Numbered from the stretch's first letter, positions 30,150 to 40,140 are shown. The stretch is DNA of 64,000 bases from Candidatus Borrarchaeum weybense (GCA_019057385.1 JAHQJS010000006.1:416001-480000); one strand, 5' to 3'. Numbers and translations are program-made. The notes: a model not told the origin generated them from the sequence alone.

Positions 30150-30150
30150 C

Positions 30151-30816
30151 TCATTCGGATGTCATAACTCCAGGTGCCAATTCGAAATGTGTCAACTCTA
30201 GAAGATCAGGGCGTACTTTTGTTGTGTATGCAACAATTGCCATTGAAATTACTGCCTCACCGATTCCAATTATTGCATGAAGTCCAACCATCCAACCAAT
30301 TACAAGTGCTGCTGGTTCTAATCCTGCAACTATCATTTCCAGGGAAGCAACGAAAGCTGCAACAACAGTAGCTACAAATCCTGCAATTCCGACAGCAATG
30401 GTTTTCGCGTTTTTATTATCTTTCATTAGTTTCGTGACAAGCCCTATGATAACCCAGCTTACTAAACCTCCAATAACTCCCATATTAAGCACATTAGCAC
30501 CGTAAGCTGTAATACCGCCGTCGCCAAAGAATGCCTGCACTAATAAAACACTTGCAATAATCACTATTGCGCCAGCAGGCCCCACATAGGCAGTAGCTAG
30601 AGCTGTGCCCACAAGATGACCACTTGAACCGTAAGGTACTGGGAAGTTGAACATCTGAGCTGCAAAAATGCCCGCTGCTAAAACGCCAAGAAGCGGTATG
30701 TGTTTGTCTTCGAGACCTTTTCCTATTCTATAGATCGAATATGCTATAAAAATTACTGCAATTATCAAATAGACAATCGCTTGTTCTATAGGAATAATTC
30801 CATCGGGAATATGCAT
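30151..30816 (-). CDS. cbiM: Co/Ni ECF substrate-binding component
   Basis: MHIPDG N-terminus, GSSGHLVG, GDGGITAYGAN, HAIIGIGE. Confidence 0.93.
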   Translation of the reverse strand: MHIPDGIIPIEQAIVYLIIAVIFIAYSIYRIGKGLEDKHIPLLGVLAAGIFAAQMFNFPVPYGSSGHLVGTALATAYVGPAGAIVIIASVLLVQAFFGDGGITAYGANVLNMGVIGGLVSWVIIGLVTKLMKDNKNAKTIAVGIAGFVATVVAAFVASLEMIVAGLEPAALVIGWMVGLHAIIGIGEAVISMAIVAYTTKVRPDLLELTHFELAPGVMTSE

Positions 30817-30910
30817 CTTATTGACTCCTCCTATTTTTTTCTTGTCTCTCTGTAATTTAGAGGCGTTGTATATAGGTATTACTGCCTCTTTACAGAGAAA
30901 ACTTATTAGA

Positions 30911-30983
30911 ATATTACTGATTACGGTATTCGTAAGACTCCAAAAAAGAATATAAGTGTTACTCTATTGCGAGCGCGTAATAT
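30911..30983. promoter_or_regulatory. Two tandem NikR-like operators upstream of cbiM
   Basis: ATATTAC-N14-GTAAGAC (30911-30938) and GTGTTAC-N14-GTAATAT (30956-30983), each 28 bp like known NikR sites. Confidence 0.6.
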
Positions 30984-31066
30984 CACAGACACAAAAAACA
31001 TCTTTTAATTGCTTGTGATTATTGATATCCAGCCTGCGAGATTAGATTAATAATATAAAAACGTTC

Positions 31067-31252
31067 TCAGAATACCTGGGCATCCAATAAATCTCTAATT
31101 TCAAAAACTATTTTCAAATATCGATCAATTTGTGATAGCAGTAACTCTAATTCTCCGCTATCTATATTTTTTAGAATAGGATGTCCTACATCATTTCTAG
31201 TCAATCGATATGATTTGAAACCTGTATCAACGATATCATCAAATTCGAACAA
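31067..31252 (-). CDS. Small hypothetical protein
   Basis: 61-aa ORF overlapping the stop of the upstream gene. Confidence 0.35.
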   Translation of the reverse strand: MFEFDDIVDTGFKSYRLTRNDVGHPILKNIDSGELELLLSQIDRYLKIVFEIRDLLDAQVF

Positions 31253-32081
31253 CTTTATTGATGATTAATTTCTCTAATCCTTGCTTTTTAGTAGTTACAT
31301 GCAACTTAAGGTCAAATTCTGAATACATCAGTTCATAAAGTCTCACTAATGATTCTGAAGCTGAAATTCTCATTCTATAACCATAAATTGTGTTATCAAT
31401 TGTATATCGCCCAAGGAGTTCAGCAATGTCCTGTAGAAATAAGATTGAGGAATTTCCAATAATCACATGAAGAGACTTCTTATGTAAATTAACACCGCCT
31501 TCACATTCAAAGGTTGCTCGTAATACTGCACCGTGTAGCTTCGGATCGGTAGATTTCATTATCAGTCGTGGCAATTTCACCAGTCCGCTTTTCACTCCCA
31601 ATGGGACTCCGTAAGTGTATATTAAAAGACCTGCTAATTCCGCAGAATAAATGTTGAAAGTACCCAACATGCCAGGTTTGAACTTGTAGCCATGGCTACT
31701 CCATCCTATATGCAATGCCGGTGTTATAGTTAGTATATGGCACATGATATCTCGAAATTCAACACAATCCTCTTTTCTAAAAGCAAATTGCACTCTTCGC
31801 TCTCGCAGGTGGCCATCACATAAAACTGAAGTTATGAAATATACCCCTTCTGGAGTCAGCAGTTTCACATTGCTCAAATCTTTTTTATATTTCCTTTGAA
31901 CTTCAGGTTTTCTATAGCCTACCATTCCTTTTTTTCGTAATTGCCTTATTCTATAATCAACTGATTCTAAACTGCGCCCTAATTTAACAGCTATTTGTTC
32001 ATAACTGAACGTTGTGTGTTTCCATAATTCTATCATTTTTTGTTCTTCTTCTGGCGTCCATGGCCTTCCCCGCATTTTCAA
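31239..32081 (-). CDS. Myb/SANT-like HTH fused to a LAGLIDADG domain, free-standing
   Basis: PWTPEEEQKM..LW....YEQIAVKLGRS; YFITSVLCDG and VLRATFECEG. Confidence 0.75.
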   Translation of the reverse strand: MKMRGRPWTPEEEQKMIELWKHTTFSYEQIAVKLGRSLESVDYRIRQLRKKGMVGYRKPEVQRKYKKDLSNVKLLTPEGVYFITSVLCDGHLRERRVQFAFRKEDCVEFRDIMCHILTITPALHIGWSSHGYKFKPGMLGTFNIYSAELAGLLIYTYGVPLGVKSGLVKLPRLIMKSTDPKLHGAVLRATFECEGGVNLHKKSLHVIIGNSSILFLQDIAELLGRYTIDNTIYGYRMRISASESLVRLYELMYSEFDLKLHVTTKKQGLEKLIINKVVRI

Positions 32082-32540
32082 TCACAACCTTTTATTAGCC
32101 ATGATTTTTAAACTCCCCTCTATTTGCTGAATACTCTACCAAGTGGTCTGATTGGAGAAAAGAGGCTAAATTGGTTATCGGGTGTCTTGATAGAATACTT
32201 CAACTCTTTCTCACCTTCATAATATCTCCTTTGTAAAGAGTTGTGAATGGTCGTAAACAAAAAGGAAAAAACGCAGGGTTGGTGTAGTTTAGCAGCATTA
32301 GAGAATACTATTGTTTTCCTTCAAGTTAATTATCAAACAGCAAAGGTAATTTATAAAGAAAATCGTTTTTTACAGCATTTTATCAAATCTTTGAGTCGTT
32401 TAGAATAATAAATTATGCAGAGTTCTTCACTTTCACGAAATTCAAAATTGCAAATATCATAACATAAAAGAATACTGTTTTTCTCATTGTACTTATTCTT
32501 TGAGAGTAATTAACAAATAACATGAAAGGACGTTTGAATT

Positions 32541-33170
32541 ATGGGACGGAAAAAAAAAGAATCTATTGAAAAAACACTAAAAGACAGTTTTGCCAACGCA
32601 TTTCCCGACACAACTCCTCCCTTAGAAGAGGACAAAAATCCAAAAAGCATTGTAGTGACAACTCCTTCTGAATTAAATCCTCGCTTAGCGAAGGAGATTG
32701 AAGTTTCAAACATTCCCAAGTTACAAGGAGTAACTCTCGAAGAAGACGAGATAATTACGCCTGAAGGAGAGGTTTATAAGATAGAAAAAGCCACACACGG
32801 TCTTAATTATACAAAAAGTGAGCGAACCGCGGCATTTCGAAAATTAATGACAGCCATTTCATATGGCGAGGAAAGGGAAGTCACTATCGATGGAAAAAAA
32901 CAAAAAATAACGATCCGTAGAACGGATATTTTTCCAGGAGATTTAACACCATATGCACAATATTGTGAAAACCCCGAATGTAAAGAACTATTCATACCAG
33001 AACCCGAAGGAAAAGGGAAAAAAATAATTTCTAGGAACGCATTAACCGTAGAAACGATTTATGATGGTGCGGACATCATCGTTATAAAAACATGTAATCG
33101 TTGTAATGCACAACACATTACCGTGTCCGATATGCGCGCGACTCGATTTTTTATGGTATCTCGAACGTGA
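32541..33170 (+). CDS. Hypothetical protein with C-terminal zinc finger
   Basis: CENPEC...CNRC. Confidence 0.65.
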   Translation: MGRKKKESIEKTLKDSFANAFPDTTPPLEEDKNPKSIVVTTPSELNPRLAKEIEVSNIPKLQGVTLEEDEIITPEGEVYKIEKATHGLNYTKSERTAAFRKLMTAISYGEEREVTIDGKKQKITIRRTDIFPGDLTPYAQYCENPECKELFIPEPEGKGKKIISRNALTVETIYDGADIIVIKTCNRCNAQHITVSDMRATRFFMVSRT

Positions 33171-33309
33171 ACTACCCACCGCTCAAGCAGTGGACTTTCT
33201 TGCTTAGTTGCATGTAAACTTGTAGAAAATGTTGCCTGAAATGAGCAGGGGAGTGAACTGAAACTAAGTACAGCTACAAGCCTCACAGCTTTAGCGTGAG
33301 GTAGTTTAC
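33167..33309. mobile_element. 143-bp IS200/IS605-derived MITE with two inverted end hairpins
   Basis: Starts GTGAACTACC, ends GGTAGTTTAC; hairpins CCACCGCTCAAGCAGTGG and CCTCACAGCTTTAGCGTGAGG. Confidence 0.75.
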
Positions 33310-33382
33310 TGGTCATTCTCTTTCCTCTTTTTCTCTGCACGAGTTTTCATGCAATTCAGAATCTATTTATATACAAGAACGT

Positions 33383-33574
33383 GTGAATAGTACTACAGGA
33401 GGGGATAATATGGGTCTTGAAATGGAAGTAGAATCGATTATCAAGAAATTAAAGGCAGAAACAAAGGGTATAAAGGATACTACTACCAAATTAGCTATTT
33501 TGAGTTTAACGAAAATCGCAGAAGGCATGTTAAAAAAAATTAACAACCTAGAGGAGCAATTAAAAGTTAGCTAA
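33383..33574 (+). CDS. Small coiled-coil protein
   Basis: Helical ORF; GGAGG SD before ATG at 33410. Confidence 0.5.
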   Translation: MNSTTGGDNMGLEMEVESIIKKLKAETKGIKDTTTKLAILSLTKIAEGMLKKINNLEEQLKVS

Positions 33575-33664
33575 AAACGAAATATCTCGCAGCAATTAAA
33601 AATGTACAAAGCTGTAAGGCCATATGCTTAGTTAACTTCAGGCAGATCTATAATACAATATCTT

Positions 33665-34093
33665 CTACGGCTCGTCAGCATCTGCTTTTATGGTAACCAC
33701 GCGAAGTTCATGAATTCCTCGAAGCACGGTTAAATCATCTTTTAGTTTTTTTATTTCTGAAGCCTTTCCATGACATACAAGCACTTCTAAACAGTGCTCC
33801 GAATGCAGATGGCTGTGCGTACGGGCCTTTACGAGTTCGGTGTATTTGTGAAAAACTGTCGATAATCTCTCAGAAGATGAGGCGTCCTCTTCGTACAGTA
33901 TTGTTATCGTTGCAATAAACATACTATCATGCTGATTTGTTAGCCATGCATCCTCTGAGATTAAAACTCGAATTGCTTTTCTTATGACTTCAGAACGACT
34001 TGCATAGCCCTCTCTTTCAGTTATGCTATCCACCTGGTCAATTAACTTCATCGGTAATGACATACTTATTACGGGAATCGTTATCACCAACAA
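33665..34093 (-). CDS. nikR: Nickel-responsive regulator
   Basis: RHH ISMSLP...GYASRSEVIRKAIR; HSHLHSEHCLEV. Confidence 0.92.
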   Translation of the reverse strand: MLVITIPVISMSLPMKLIDQVDSITEREGYASRSEVIRKAIRVLISEDAWLTNQHDSMFIATITILYEEDASSSERLSTVFHKYTELVKARTHSHLHSEHCLEVLVCHGKASEIKKLKDDLTVLRGIHELRVVTIKADADEP

Positions 34094-34264
34094 AAAACGT
34101 TAATCATCTATCAACTTGTGAGACTATAGTTTACTTACTACTTAAAAGATAATAAATAAATAAATAAATTCCTCCATGTTCTCGATTAACAACAAAGAGA
34201 GGATTTCTTGATAATAAGTTTATTTGGTCAAATAACCTAAAAGATTCTTTCCAGAACAAAGTTT

Positions 34265-35251
34265 TTGGAGACGGAACGCATGGAGAATACGTATAATAAC
34301 CTTTTAATCGAATTGAATGATATTTTAAAAGCTCAGAGCATTATCAATGGTCATGTTCACTGGACCCCACTAGTTTCTTCAGCAACATTGGGGCAACAAA
34401 TTGGAGCAAATCTTCATTTTAAAGCAGAAGTTTTCCAAAAGACTGGAAGTTTTAAACCAAGAGGGGCTTTGAACAAGCTTCATAGTCTGACCTTAGAGGA
34501 GAAAAAGCAAGGCGTAATTACAATTTCGGCTGGAAATCATGCACAAGGGCTCGCATATGCATCTTCCTTGTTAGGAATCAAAGCAACAGTTATAATGCCT
34601 CAAAATGCTGTGAAGAGCAAAGTTGAAGCTACAAAGGATTATGGGGCTGAAGTAATTCTTCATGGTACCCACAAAGATCTCATGCCTAAATGCCGGGAGG
34701 TTCAACGGGAACGAGATTTAATATTGATTCACCCCTTTGATGATCCCTTCGTTATTGCGGGTCAGGGAACCATTGGCCTTGAAATCCTGGAAGACTTGCC
34801 AACAGTTGAGATGGTTGTTGTTCCTATAGGTGGTGGTGCATTGGTCTCGGGGATTGCAACAGCAATAAAGTCAAAGAAACCTGATACTAAGATCATTGGA
34901 GTGGAGCCCACTGGGGCTGCAGTTATGACAAAAAGTATTCAGCAAAATAAAGTGGTCCATTTGGACGAGATAAATACTGTGGCTGACGGTCTAGCTGCTC
35001 CATTTGCAGGCAGATATACCATTGCACACGTTAAAGAATATGTAGATAAGGTTGTACTTGTTTCAGACGAGGAGATTATTGCTGCCTTACGTTTAATTCT
35101 AGAAAGGTGCAAAATTTTGACGGAACCCTCAGGAGCTGCTAGTTTTGCTGCACTCCTTTTTGATAAAATCGCCATACCGAAAAATTCGCATGTTGTTTGT
35201 GTCTTGAGCGGAGGAAATGTCGATATAAGCATGCTCAAAAAAATCCTGTGA
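34265..35251 (+). CDS. ilvA: Threonine/serine dehydratase (PLP fold II)
   Basis: KAEVFQKTGSFKPRG, SAGNHAQG, PIGGGAL, LSGGN. Confidence 0.9.
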   Translation: METERMENTYNNLLIELNDILKAQSIINGHVHWTPLVSSATLGQQIGANLHFKAEVFQKTGSFKPRGALNKLHSLTLEEKKQGVITISAGNHAQGLAYASSLLGIKATVIMPQNAVKSKVEATKDYGAEVILHGTHKDLMPKCREVQRERDLILIHPFDDPFVIAGQGTIGLEILEDLPTVEMVVVPIGGGALVSGIATAIKSKKPDTKIIGVEPTGAAVMTKSIQQNKVVHLDEINTVADGLAAPFAGRYTIAHVKEYVDKVVLVSDEEIIAALRLILERCKILTEPSGAASFAALLFDKIAIPKNSHVVCVLSGGNVDISMLKKIL

Positions 35252-35325
35252 AATATAAGTCCTATCTTGATATATACGAACCATATGGATGGGAAAAAGG
35301 CGAAGGACGAGAAAAGTGATCCTGC

Positions 35326-36222
35326 CTAAGCAATTTTATAGCGCGGATGACTGCGATCCAATCTTATGCCAGATTCTGTCACCATTGATGAAAAAGCAAC
35401 GTCAACCATGGCAACAGCAGGAAAAATAAAATCAGCATGCTTAATTGGACCATAAAGAATGAAATCTGCTCCAGTTGCTATTGTCACAGCATTTGCAACA
35501 GCTAAAGCTGGTTTCTTGGCTTGTTTTCCCATTTTTGACTTTAAACCACGCCAGGTGTCAACTGCGTTATGCGCTCCACTCCCACACGGCAATCCAACTT
35601 CAGTTTTTAATTGGTAGATTGCGTTGCAACCCGCGCCAAGTGATGGGAGATCTAAAATCGCAGTATCAATAATAGGTTTGGTAACGCCAATTTCTTGTAC
35701 GGTATTGACCAATTGTTTTGCGGCATCAACTCTTCCTTTTGAAGTAAAATCTTTCATGTTCATAGCGAGTAATAATACACTTTCAATCCCTGATTCTTTG
35801 ATGGATTTCAGTTCATCTTGACCAGAATCAATGGTGATAGAATTATAAACAACATCTTTAATACCCGCTTCCTTGATGTAATCAAGACCAGAGATTTTTA
35901 CTGAACTGATCACTCCGTCCATCAAAATAGGCATATCTGTTACACTGGAAACGAAATCAAGGTGTTTTCTCATATTCTCTTCTGTACTTACAACCACGTC
36001 AATCATACAAGGATTCCCCGTTTTATCAGAGAATTCCTCTTGTAACTTAATTACCTCTTCCGCTTTTTCCTTGTCGAATTTCCCAGATTTTTCGTCTTCT
36101 ACGGTCTTGTCACCTTTGTAAAATATCGTGCCAATCAAAACCGTAGGATATCTCCAAGGTTCCCCTCCAATCTCAGTATTTCCAATACTGAAGCGTTTCT
36201 GTTCCTTTTCAAAGTTGAACAT
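35326..36222 (-). CDS. MtrH/MtgA-like pterin:corrinoid methyltransferase
   Basis: IGGEPWRYPTVLIGTIFY, DKTGNPCMID, GSGAHNA, ADFILYGPI; probable ATG at 36222. Confidence 0.88.
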   Translation of the reverse strand: MFNFEKEQKRFSIGNTEIGGEPWRYPTVLIGTIFYKGDKTVEDEKSGKFDKEKAEEVIKLQEEFSDKTGNPCMIDVVVSTEENMRKHLDFVSSVTDMPILMDGVISSVKISGLDYIKEAGIKDVVYNSITIDSGQDELKSIKESGIESVLLLAMNMKDFTSKGRVDAAKQLVNTVQEIGVTKPIIDTAILDLPSLGAGCNAIYQLKTEVGLPCGSGAHNAVDTWRGLKSKMGKQAKKPALAVANAVTIATGADFILYGPIKHADFIFPAVAMVDVAFSSMVTESGIRLDRSHPRYKIA

Positions 36223-36428
36223 ACAAACTCCTCTTAACTTTATAACATGTGAAACGGGAAGTTGTTTATAATCATTGCGCAAGAACACTCCCATTTAGTC
36301 CTCCAAGCCACATGATGTTTCAGCTGACATCTTTCCCGAAAATATTGAAGTCTGCTGTGAGTGAATATCCATCTTGCGTTTTCTTCAAGTGTTCTATGTT
36401 TGCACTTTTTCTATTCTTAGAAAATAAG

Positions 36429-36466
36429 TTCCCTAGCATATTCGAATAATGATACGTTCTAGGGAA
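36429..36466. promoter_or_regulatory. Inverted repeat between divergent methyltransferase genes (possible operator)
   Basis: TTCCCTAG-N22-CTAGGGAA. Confidence 0.3.
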
Positions 36467-36568
36467 AGGTTAAAAACATCAATCACAAATGGTGGGCAAT
36501 ACCTTCCCTTTTAAAAGCAATGAACTTTCTAAATTAATAGAGTCAAGAAAAGCTGGGGGTACTTACTG

Positions 36569-37732
36569 GTGGTTATGACACATAAGGAACGATTTCTCAC
36601 GGCTATTCGTCATGAGGAACCTGATTGTGTACCTATCGATGGCACGTTCATAGATTTGATTCATACTGAACGTATTACAGGAAAACGAGCTTATGGTGCT
36701 GGATCTGGTGGAGGCGGGGGCGGAGTCTCAACGCAACAAGAAGAGATGACTTATACAGAAATGATGACTCATAATCAAAAACTCGAAAATGAAGCGAGAA
36801 TGAAACTTGGCCTTGACGTCCTGACGGTTTCTGACTATAAAGTGTTTCCAGAAGACTATAAACCTAAATTCATCAATAAAGACACCTATGTCGATCTGTG
36901 GGGTAAGATCTACAAAATAAAAGAAGACGTAAAGACGACCTGGTGGATAGATGGCACTATAAGAACACCTGAGGATCTTGAGAAGTGGCGTTCGGAGTTT
37001 CCAAACCCAAAAGAATTCAATTGTGAAATTGTCGACCTGACTATTGAAGAAGCGGAAAAAAATGATTATCCTGTTGTAGTATGGGTTCACGGTTCTATGA
37101 TGTTTCCGTATCTCATGATTGGCGGCATAGATAAAATGGTACTTGCCATTTATCGACAACCTGAGTTTGCCAAAGAATTGGTGCGGATTGTAGCGAAATT
37201 AAACCTCGAAATAACAAAACAACTTTTGAATAGAGGGCGAGGCTCTATAGACCTTGTAATCGAGAGTGATGACATAGCAGATGTTAAGACGCCTTTCTAC
37301 CCCCCTAGGCTCTTTAGAGAGTTTTTCTTTCCGTATTTTACGCGATTAATCGATGAATGTCATAGTCGAGACATACCATTTATGAAGCACTCGGATGGAA
37401 ATTTGTACCCGCTTCTTGATGATTTCGTCGAAATGGATGTCGATGGATTGCATCCGATTGAACCAGGAGTCATGGATTTAGCCGATGTGAAACAGAGGTA
37501 TGGTGATAAATTCGTATTACGGGGAAATGTAGACTGTACCCATGTTTTACCATATGGAAAGGAAGACGATGTCCGTAGAGATGTTAGACGATGTATTGAC
37601 GCCGCGGCAGAAGGAGGGGGCTTTATTCTCGCAGACAGCAACAGTCTGCATTCTTTAGTGAAAACAGAAAATATCAAATTTATGATAGACGAAGGACGAA
37701 AATACGGCCAATATCCACTTGAAAAATCATAA
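36569..37732 (+). CDS. UroD-family (MtaA/MtbA-like) methyltransferase
   Basis: MTHKERFL..I.HEEPD.VP, SDD, KHSDGN, GNVD, GGFIL. Confidence 0.85.
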   Translation: MVMTHKERFLTAIRHEEPDCVPIDGTFIDLIHTERITGKRAYGAGSGGGGGGVSTQQEEMTYTEMMTHNQKLENEARMKLGLDVLTVSDYKVFPEDYKPKFINKDTYVDLWGKIYKIKEDVKTTWWIDGTIRTPEDLEKWRSEFPNPKEFNCEIVDLTIEEAEKNDYPVVVWVHGSMMFPYLMIGGIDKMVLAIYRQPEFAKELVRIVAKLNLEITKQLLNRGRGSIDLVIESDDIADVKTPFYPPRLFREFFFPYFTRLIDECHSRDIPFMKHSDGNLYPLLDDFVEMDVDGLHPIEPGVMDLADVKQRYGDKFVLRGNVDCTHVLPYGKEDDVRRDVRRCIDAAAEGGGFILADSNSLHSLVKTENIKFMIDEGRKYGQYPLEKS

Positions 37733-37753
37733 ATTGAACAGAGGTGCGCACTT

Positions 37754-38398
37754 ATGGGCGAAAATAAGATGCTCAAAACAATTGCTGAAAGTTTAGCTAA
37801 TTTAAATGATGAACTTCTCAAAAATACATTAAGAAAAGCGATGAAAGAGATTCTACTTAAAAAAATAATTCGAGAAGGCTTAGGAAAGGGAATGGAAATT
37901 GTTGGAACACGATATGAGAGCGGGGATTATTTTCTTAGTGAATTAATTATGGCAGCCACCCTTATGAATGAAAGCATGGAGTTACTACAACCTTTGCTGA
38001 AACATGAAGCAGCAGATAAAGATGCCATTGGGAAAACCGTGATCGGCACTGTGGAGGGCGATTTACATGATATTGGAAAAAACCTCATTGGTGCTATGCT
38101 TGAGTCAATAGGATTTGAAATCACTGATCTTGGAGTAGACGTGACTCCAGAAAAGTTTGTCGAAACAGTAAGACAAGTAAAACCTGATATTCTCTGTATG
38201 TCCACACTTTTAAGTGCAACAATGGATAAAATCGAAGAAACTATTAAAAAACTAGAAGAAAATGGGTTGCGAGATACTGTCAAAGTTCTTGTCGGTGGTA
38301 GATGTCTAAATGATCAACTTGCTCGTGACATGGGTGCCGATTCTTATGGCGACGATGCGTGGGACGCCGTAAGAAAAGCACGAATGCTTCTCTCCTAA
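37754..38398 (+). CDS. Corrinoid (B12-binding) methyl-carrier protein
   Basis: GTVEGDLHDIGKN, DLGVDV, VLVGG. Confidence 0.92.
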   Translation: MGENKMLKTIAESLANLNDELLKNTLRKAMKEILLKKIIREGLGKGMEIVGTRYESGDYFLSELIMAATLMNESMELLQPLLKHEAADKDAIGKTVIGTVEGDLHDIGKNLIGAMLESIGFEITDLGVDVTPEKFVETVRQVKPDILCMSTLLSATMDKIEETIKKLEENGLRDTVKVLVGGRCLNDQLARDMGADSYGDDAWDAVRKARMLLS

Positions 38399-38496
38399 TT
38401 AAGTCGTCACTATGCCGGAATTTTTATATTTCCACATCTTTGTAGAGTATTAGCTGTGGTGATGACATTCCTAAAAAGAAAAAGATGGATAGTGGG

Positions 38497-39132
38497 TTAG
38501 ACGACTTCCTTCTTTCGAAGTCGGATCAGGCTATATGAGACTAAGGCAGTCACTGAAACTAAGGGAATAAACAGTGTGCCGAGGCATCCAATTGAAACGG
38601 TTGATACTGCCATATAGGCGTCAGTCGAAACCAATCTATCGGTTATAGTACCATCAGGAGATCTGGATTCAAAGAGGATGCCTGTGTTGGTGTCTCGATA
38701 GCTTCTACTAGATTCACTATAATAGGCAGTGTAGCTGACACCCTCGAATTCGTAATTTTGAGTGGTAAGACTTAAATCTTCTTCTAAATAGCTTTTTGGT
38801 AGTAGCCACGGTGAAACATAGGCAAGGTTAAGTTCAGTAATACTTGCGTCGGCATCGAGTATTTCAGTTTCGGTGTTACCACTTACTGTTACTTCCAGCG
38901 ATATCGTCTTGCCTTCTACGTTAATCACTTTCATTTTAATAGTTCCATAGCTATTTGACTGCCATTGTATTTCATTGCCTATTGATAATGTCCCCCAGTT
39001 TGGTGTGGCAGTTACCGTTGTTGTTGATGAGGTGCTGGCGATCAAACAGACCAAGCATACAACAAGAAGTCCCATTAGAGCCTTTCTGGATGTATTCCTC
39101 ATAGACTCACCATATTTAGTGTTAAAATTCAA
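38497..39132 (-). CDS. Secreted protein with C-terminal membrane anchor
   Basis: Signal peptide, Thr-rich linker, GCLGT then TM helix then RLRKK. Confidence 0.7.
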   Translation of the reverse strand: MNFNTKYGESMRNTSRKALMGLLVVCLVCLIASTSSTTTVTATPNWGTLSIGNEIQWQSNSYGTIKMKVINVEGKTISLEVTVSGNTETEILDADASITELNLAYVSPWLLPKSYLEEDLSLTTQNYEFEGVSYTAYYSESSRSYRDTNTGILFESRSPDGTITDRLVSTDAYMAVSTVSIGCLGTLFIPLVSVTALVSYSLIRLRKKEVV

Positions 39133-39363
39133 AAACTCGTGCAGTATATTAAGGGTCTTGGTTTATAAACGTTCATGGTCTTATGGAAGGTTTTTACAGT
39201 TTTAAGGGTCTGGTAGTCATATTCAGTAGAAAAAATAAATTATCAGGTAAAAATTACTAACTGTAATAGAATTTAAACTAGCAATATGCATGCCAGACCT
39301 ACACGTTAGATAATTGTGGTGATGTATAGCTTCTGGACGGCTTTAAAAAAATGCCCATACGCA

Positions 39364-39381
39364 AGAAAATTAGCCGCTATA
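39364..39381 (+). promoter_or_regulatory. Conserved upstream element, copy 1
   Basis: AGAAAATTAGCCGCTATA, identical at 40141-40158; ~60 nt before the ATG of each paralogue and followed by a TATA-like box. Confidence 0.6.
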
Positions 39382-39440
39382 CACAGGTTTATATCACTCG
39401 CATTTTCATTTATATATGAGAGACTAAGGAGATGAACTAA

Positions 39441-39953
39441 ATGGAAAAAGCATATAATTATCCTACAATAGATAGATTTATGTGGGCTTTTGTTGCTGCA
39501 GGTGCAGGTGTAGTACTTCTTCTTCTAGGTATAGGACTGCCCGTGTTTGTTCCACAAGAAAGGTCAATATCAGCTAATCGTTGGTTAGAAGTGTTAACGG
39601 GTCGCGCCGCAGGACAGTCAACGTTTTATACGCCGCTCACACGAGTAATCTTCGTAATCTTTGGAATTTTTGCCTTAATTAACGCAGTACTAATCTATAG
39701 AGCAGGTTCGACAATCATTAAAATCGACGATGCGACAATAACGTATCAAAGAGGAGACAAGACGATAAATGTGCCGTGGTCTGAAGTGACTGATGTCAAA
39801 AAACGTGTGACAGTTGGAGTGCGAGCTGGAGCCACAGAAGTAGTTACGCTAGCCACAGAGACAGAACCACGCAAAATTACCTTTAATAGCAAGCTCACAG
39901 GTTATGATGAGCTAATGAAGGCTATCCAAACCCATACAAACGTGCAATTCTAA
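39441..39953 (+). CDS. Two-TM protein with bacterial PH-like domain, paralogue 1
   Basis: Two TM helices then IDDATITYQRG...VPWSEVTDVK. Confidence 0.75.
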   Translation: MEKAYNYPTIDRFMWAFVAAGAGVVLLLLGIGLPVFVPQERSISANRWLEVLTGRAAGQSTFYTPLTRVIFVIFGIFALINAVLIYRAGSTIIKIDDATITYQRGDKTINVPWSEVTDVKKRVTVGVRAGATEVVTLATETEPRKITFNSKLTGYDELMKAIQTHTNVQF

Positions 39954-40140
39954 ATATACTAAATCTGGTGAATCTTCATAGGAATACAAAAAATCCAGTA
40001 AGTGATTAATGGAGTTACACGGTTTATTTCCTATTTTTCTTTTAATGTGTGAGATCCAACTAAAGAGATAGTCATAATTATTCTCTTCAAGGAAAATATT
40101 TTACTTTATCTCATGTTAGAAAAGAAAATTGCAGAAACAC

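Noticed and set aside
32082-32102. In-frame ATG...TGA upstream of the Myb-LAGLIDADG gene as Sec readthrough
   Set aside because: It adds only 7 residues with no redox motif, the TGA lies within an SD-like AGGTTGTGA, and no SECIS was seen.
35326-38398. Pyrrolysine-containing methylamine methyltransferase
   Set aside because: No MtmB/MtbB/MttB-like frame or internal TAG; all three genes are complete.
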